Shown: positions 4,778 through 5,428 of the stretch, one piece after another
Numbering within the stretch: position 1 is the stretch's first letter
Layout: each line of letters begins with the position of its first letter
Origin: a virus
Virus record (IMG/VR): IMGVR_UViG_3300022690_000587
Coordinates: 1 to 5,428 of that record
Length of the DNA: 5,428 nucleotides
Direction: 5' to 3' (one strand)
Made by a program: the position numbers and the translations under genes
Notes under the pieces: generated by a model
The model's database searches: none
What the model was told of the DNA's origin: nothing
Seen by the model: only the letters and a program-made list of their open reading frames with translations

Positions 4778-5428
4778 GTTCCCAATACACTGTCAACAGT
4801 TATATCTAATATTCTCTGTATTTCAGAAATTACCGTGTTCTGTGATTTCTGAATCGGTATAGATCCAATGTTCTGCGATTGATACATCATCGGAGGAAAG
4901 GTCTTGATCCGCAAGCGCTGCATTATAGAAGGTTGAGCCTTTAGGGTCATAAGTTTCGAACTCTTTTTGTTGTTCTCTAACTTCATCAATATTTTTCGGT
5001 GGGCTTGGTTGATTAATAACATCGGTGGTACGACGTTGTTGTATATTACTAATACTTGCATTTTGGCTATTTGTATCAACTGATTTAATTGCATCTGATT
5101 CAATTGGTTGACCATCTTTTCTAGAACTGTCATCCCCAACTTGTGTGATTGTCTTATTCTCCATTTTTTACTCTCCTTTTGATTCATAGATTTTGTTACG
5201 TATTTTGAGACATAGTTAGCAACTTTATCTGCATTTCCCGAAGGGATCGGATTGATTGTATTTCCGACTTGAACGGAAGGCCACTTATGCCCGATTTTGC
5301 TCCATGCATCCGTTGCTGATGTACGTATTGGAATCGGTGTAGAGAATCCTTTATTCCAGTACTTTCTAAACCCGTTAATAACTCGTAACGTGGGAGGGAT
5401 TTTTCCGTAGTTGGGATCGCGGCAACAA
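4729..5428 (-). CDS. A: Rolling-circle replication initiation protein (gpA-like), 3' part. 5285..5428 duplicates 1..144, and the 152-aa track ORF 4729..5187 is simply its tail.
   Basis: The frame is open from 5428 down to the TGA at 4731..4729: ...HKWPSVQVGNTINPIPSGNADKVANYVSKYVTKSMNQKESKKWRIRQSHKLGMTVLEKM... The double-tyrosine catalytic motif YVSKYVTK lies at 5191..5214 (phiX YVAKYVNK). WRIRQSHKLGM resembles phiX FRIRMSRNFGM. The total of 788+556 nt is divisible by 3 across the junction. Confidence 0.9.
   Translation of the reverse strand, partial: CCRDPNYGKIPPTLRVINGFRKYWNKGFSTPIPIRTSATDAWSKIGHKWPSVQVGNTINPIPSGNADKVANYVSKYVTKSMNQKESKKWRIRQSHKLGMTVLEKMVNQLNQMQLNQLIQIAKMQVLVIYNNVVPPMLLINQAHRKILMKLENNKKSSKLMTLKAQPSIMQRLRIKTFPPMMYQSQNIGSIPIQKSQNTVISEIQRILDITVDSVLGTCQIIPSNTQLKGTPY
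4823..5164 (-). CDS. B: Internal scaffolding protein (phiX174 gpB-like), 113 aa, nested out of frame inside gene A
   Basis: It is embedded in the 3' part of A in another frame, as in phiX. It has a strong RBS (AAAAGGAGAGTAAAAAATG). The polypeptide is acidic and hydrophilic, and the N-terminus MENKTITQ resembles phiX MEQLTKNQ. The C-terminus AEHWIYTDSEITEHGNF resembles the aromatic coat-binding tail of phiX B (AEFYRFHDAEVNTFGYF). Confidence 0.8.
   Translation of the reverse strand: MENKTITQVGDDSSRKDGQPIESDAIKSVDTNSQNASISNIQQRRTTDVINQPSPPKNIDEVREQQKEFETYDPKGSTFYNAALADQDLSSDDVSIAEHWIYTDSEITEHGNF
5173..5178 (-). promoter_or_regulatory. Shine-Dalgarno site for B, encoded within the A reading frame
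   Basis: The minus strand reads CAAAAGGAGAGTAAAAA-ATG. Confidence 0.6.
5285..5428. repeat. Terminal direct repeat, copy 2 (identical to 1..144)
   Basis: Same 144 nt as 1..144. The offset of 5284 gives the unit genome length. Confidence 0.95.

Noticed and set aside
4650-4830. Search for a phiX K-like small hydrophobic ORF spanning the A/C junction in the third frame
   Set aside because: Hand translation of the third frame gives stops every few codons (TAA, TAG, TAA, TAA, TAA) and no ATG-initiated ORF.
4729-5187. 152-aa track ORF that could be read as a separate gene or an A*-like product
   Set aside because: The frame is open upstream through 5428 and across the circular junction, so this is just the C-terminal part of gene A. 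There is no SD before Met-5187. The ATG lies downstream of the catalytic YVSKYVTK motif, unlike phiX A*, which retains the tyrosines.
1-5428. Assignment to Gokushovirinae-like microviruses, or presence of tRNA, CRISPR or IS elements
   Set aside because: The genes present are D-, J-, B- and H-like genes in phiX order. I see no VP2/VP4/VP5-type layout, no cloverleaf-like or repeat-spacer structure and no transposase.

Overview
The window is a complete circular phiX174-type microvirus (ssDNA phage) genome, given as the reverse complement of the coding strand. Bases 1..144 are identical to 5285..5428, so the window closes into a 5284-nt circle, and the repeat is an assembly overlap lying inside the replication gene. 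All supported genes are on the minus strand in the phiX174 order A(+B nested)-C-D-J-F-G-H. A is an HUH rolling-circle replication initiator split across the window ends. B is an internal scaffold ORF nested out of frame in A. A small C-position protein follows, then external scaffold D, a tiny basic DNA-binding J, major capsid F, a G-position protein and DNA pilot H. A, B, D, J, F and H are recognised from motifs compared with phiX174 proteins recalled from memory. The C- and G-position proteins are assigned by synteny only. The presence of D, J and a G-position gene argues for the phiX-like (Bullavirinae-type) architecture rather than gokushovirus-like. The proteins are nonetheless strongly diverged, and the genome is very AT-rich, with GC-richer islands at conserved motifs. 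I found no E-like lysis ORF inside D and no K-like ORF, so lysis is unassigned. Other points to check are a duplicated phiX-ori-like nick motif inside A, an in-frame basic extension of J that overprints the 3' end of D, an A start that overlaps the H stop, and near-absent intergenic DNA. No tRNA, rRNA, CRISPR or transposable element was seen.
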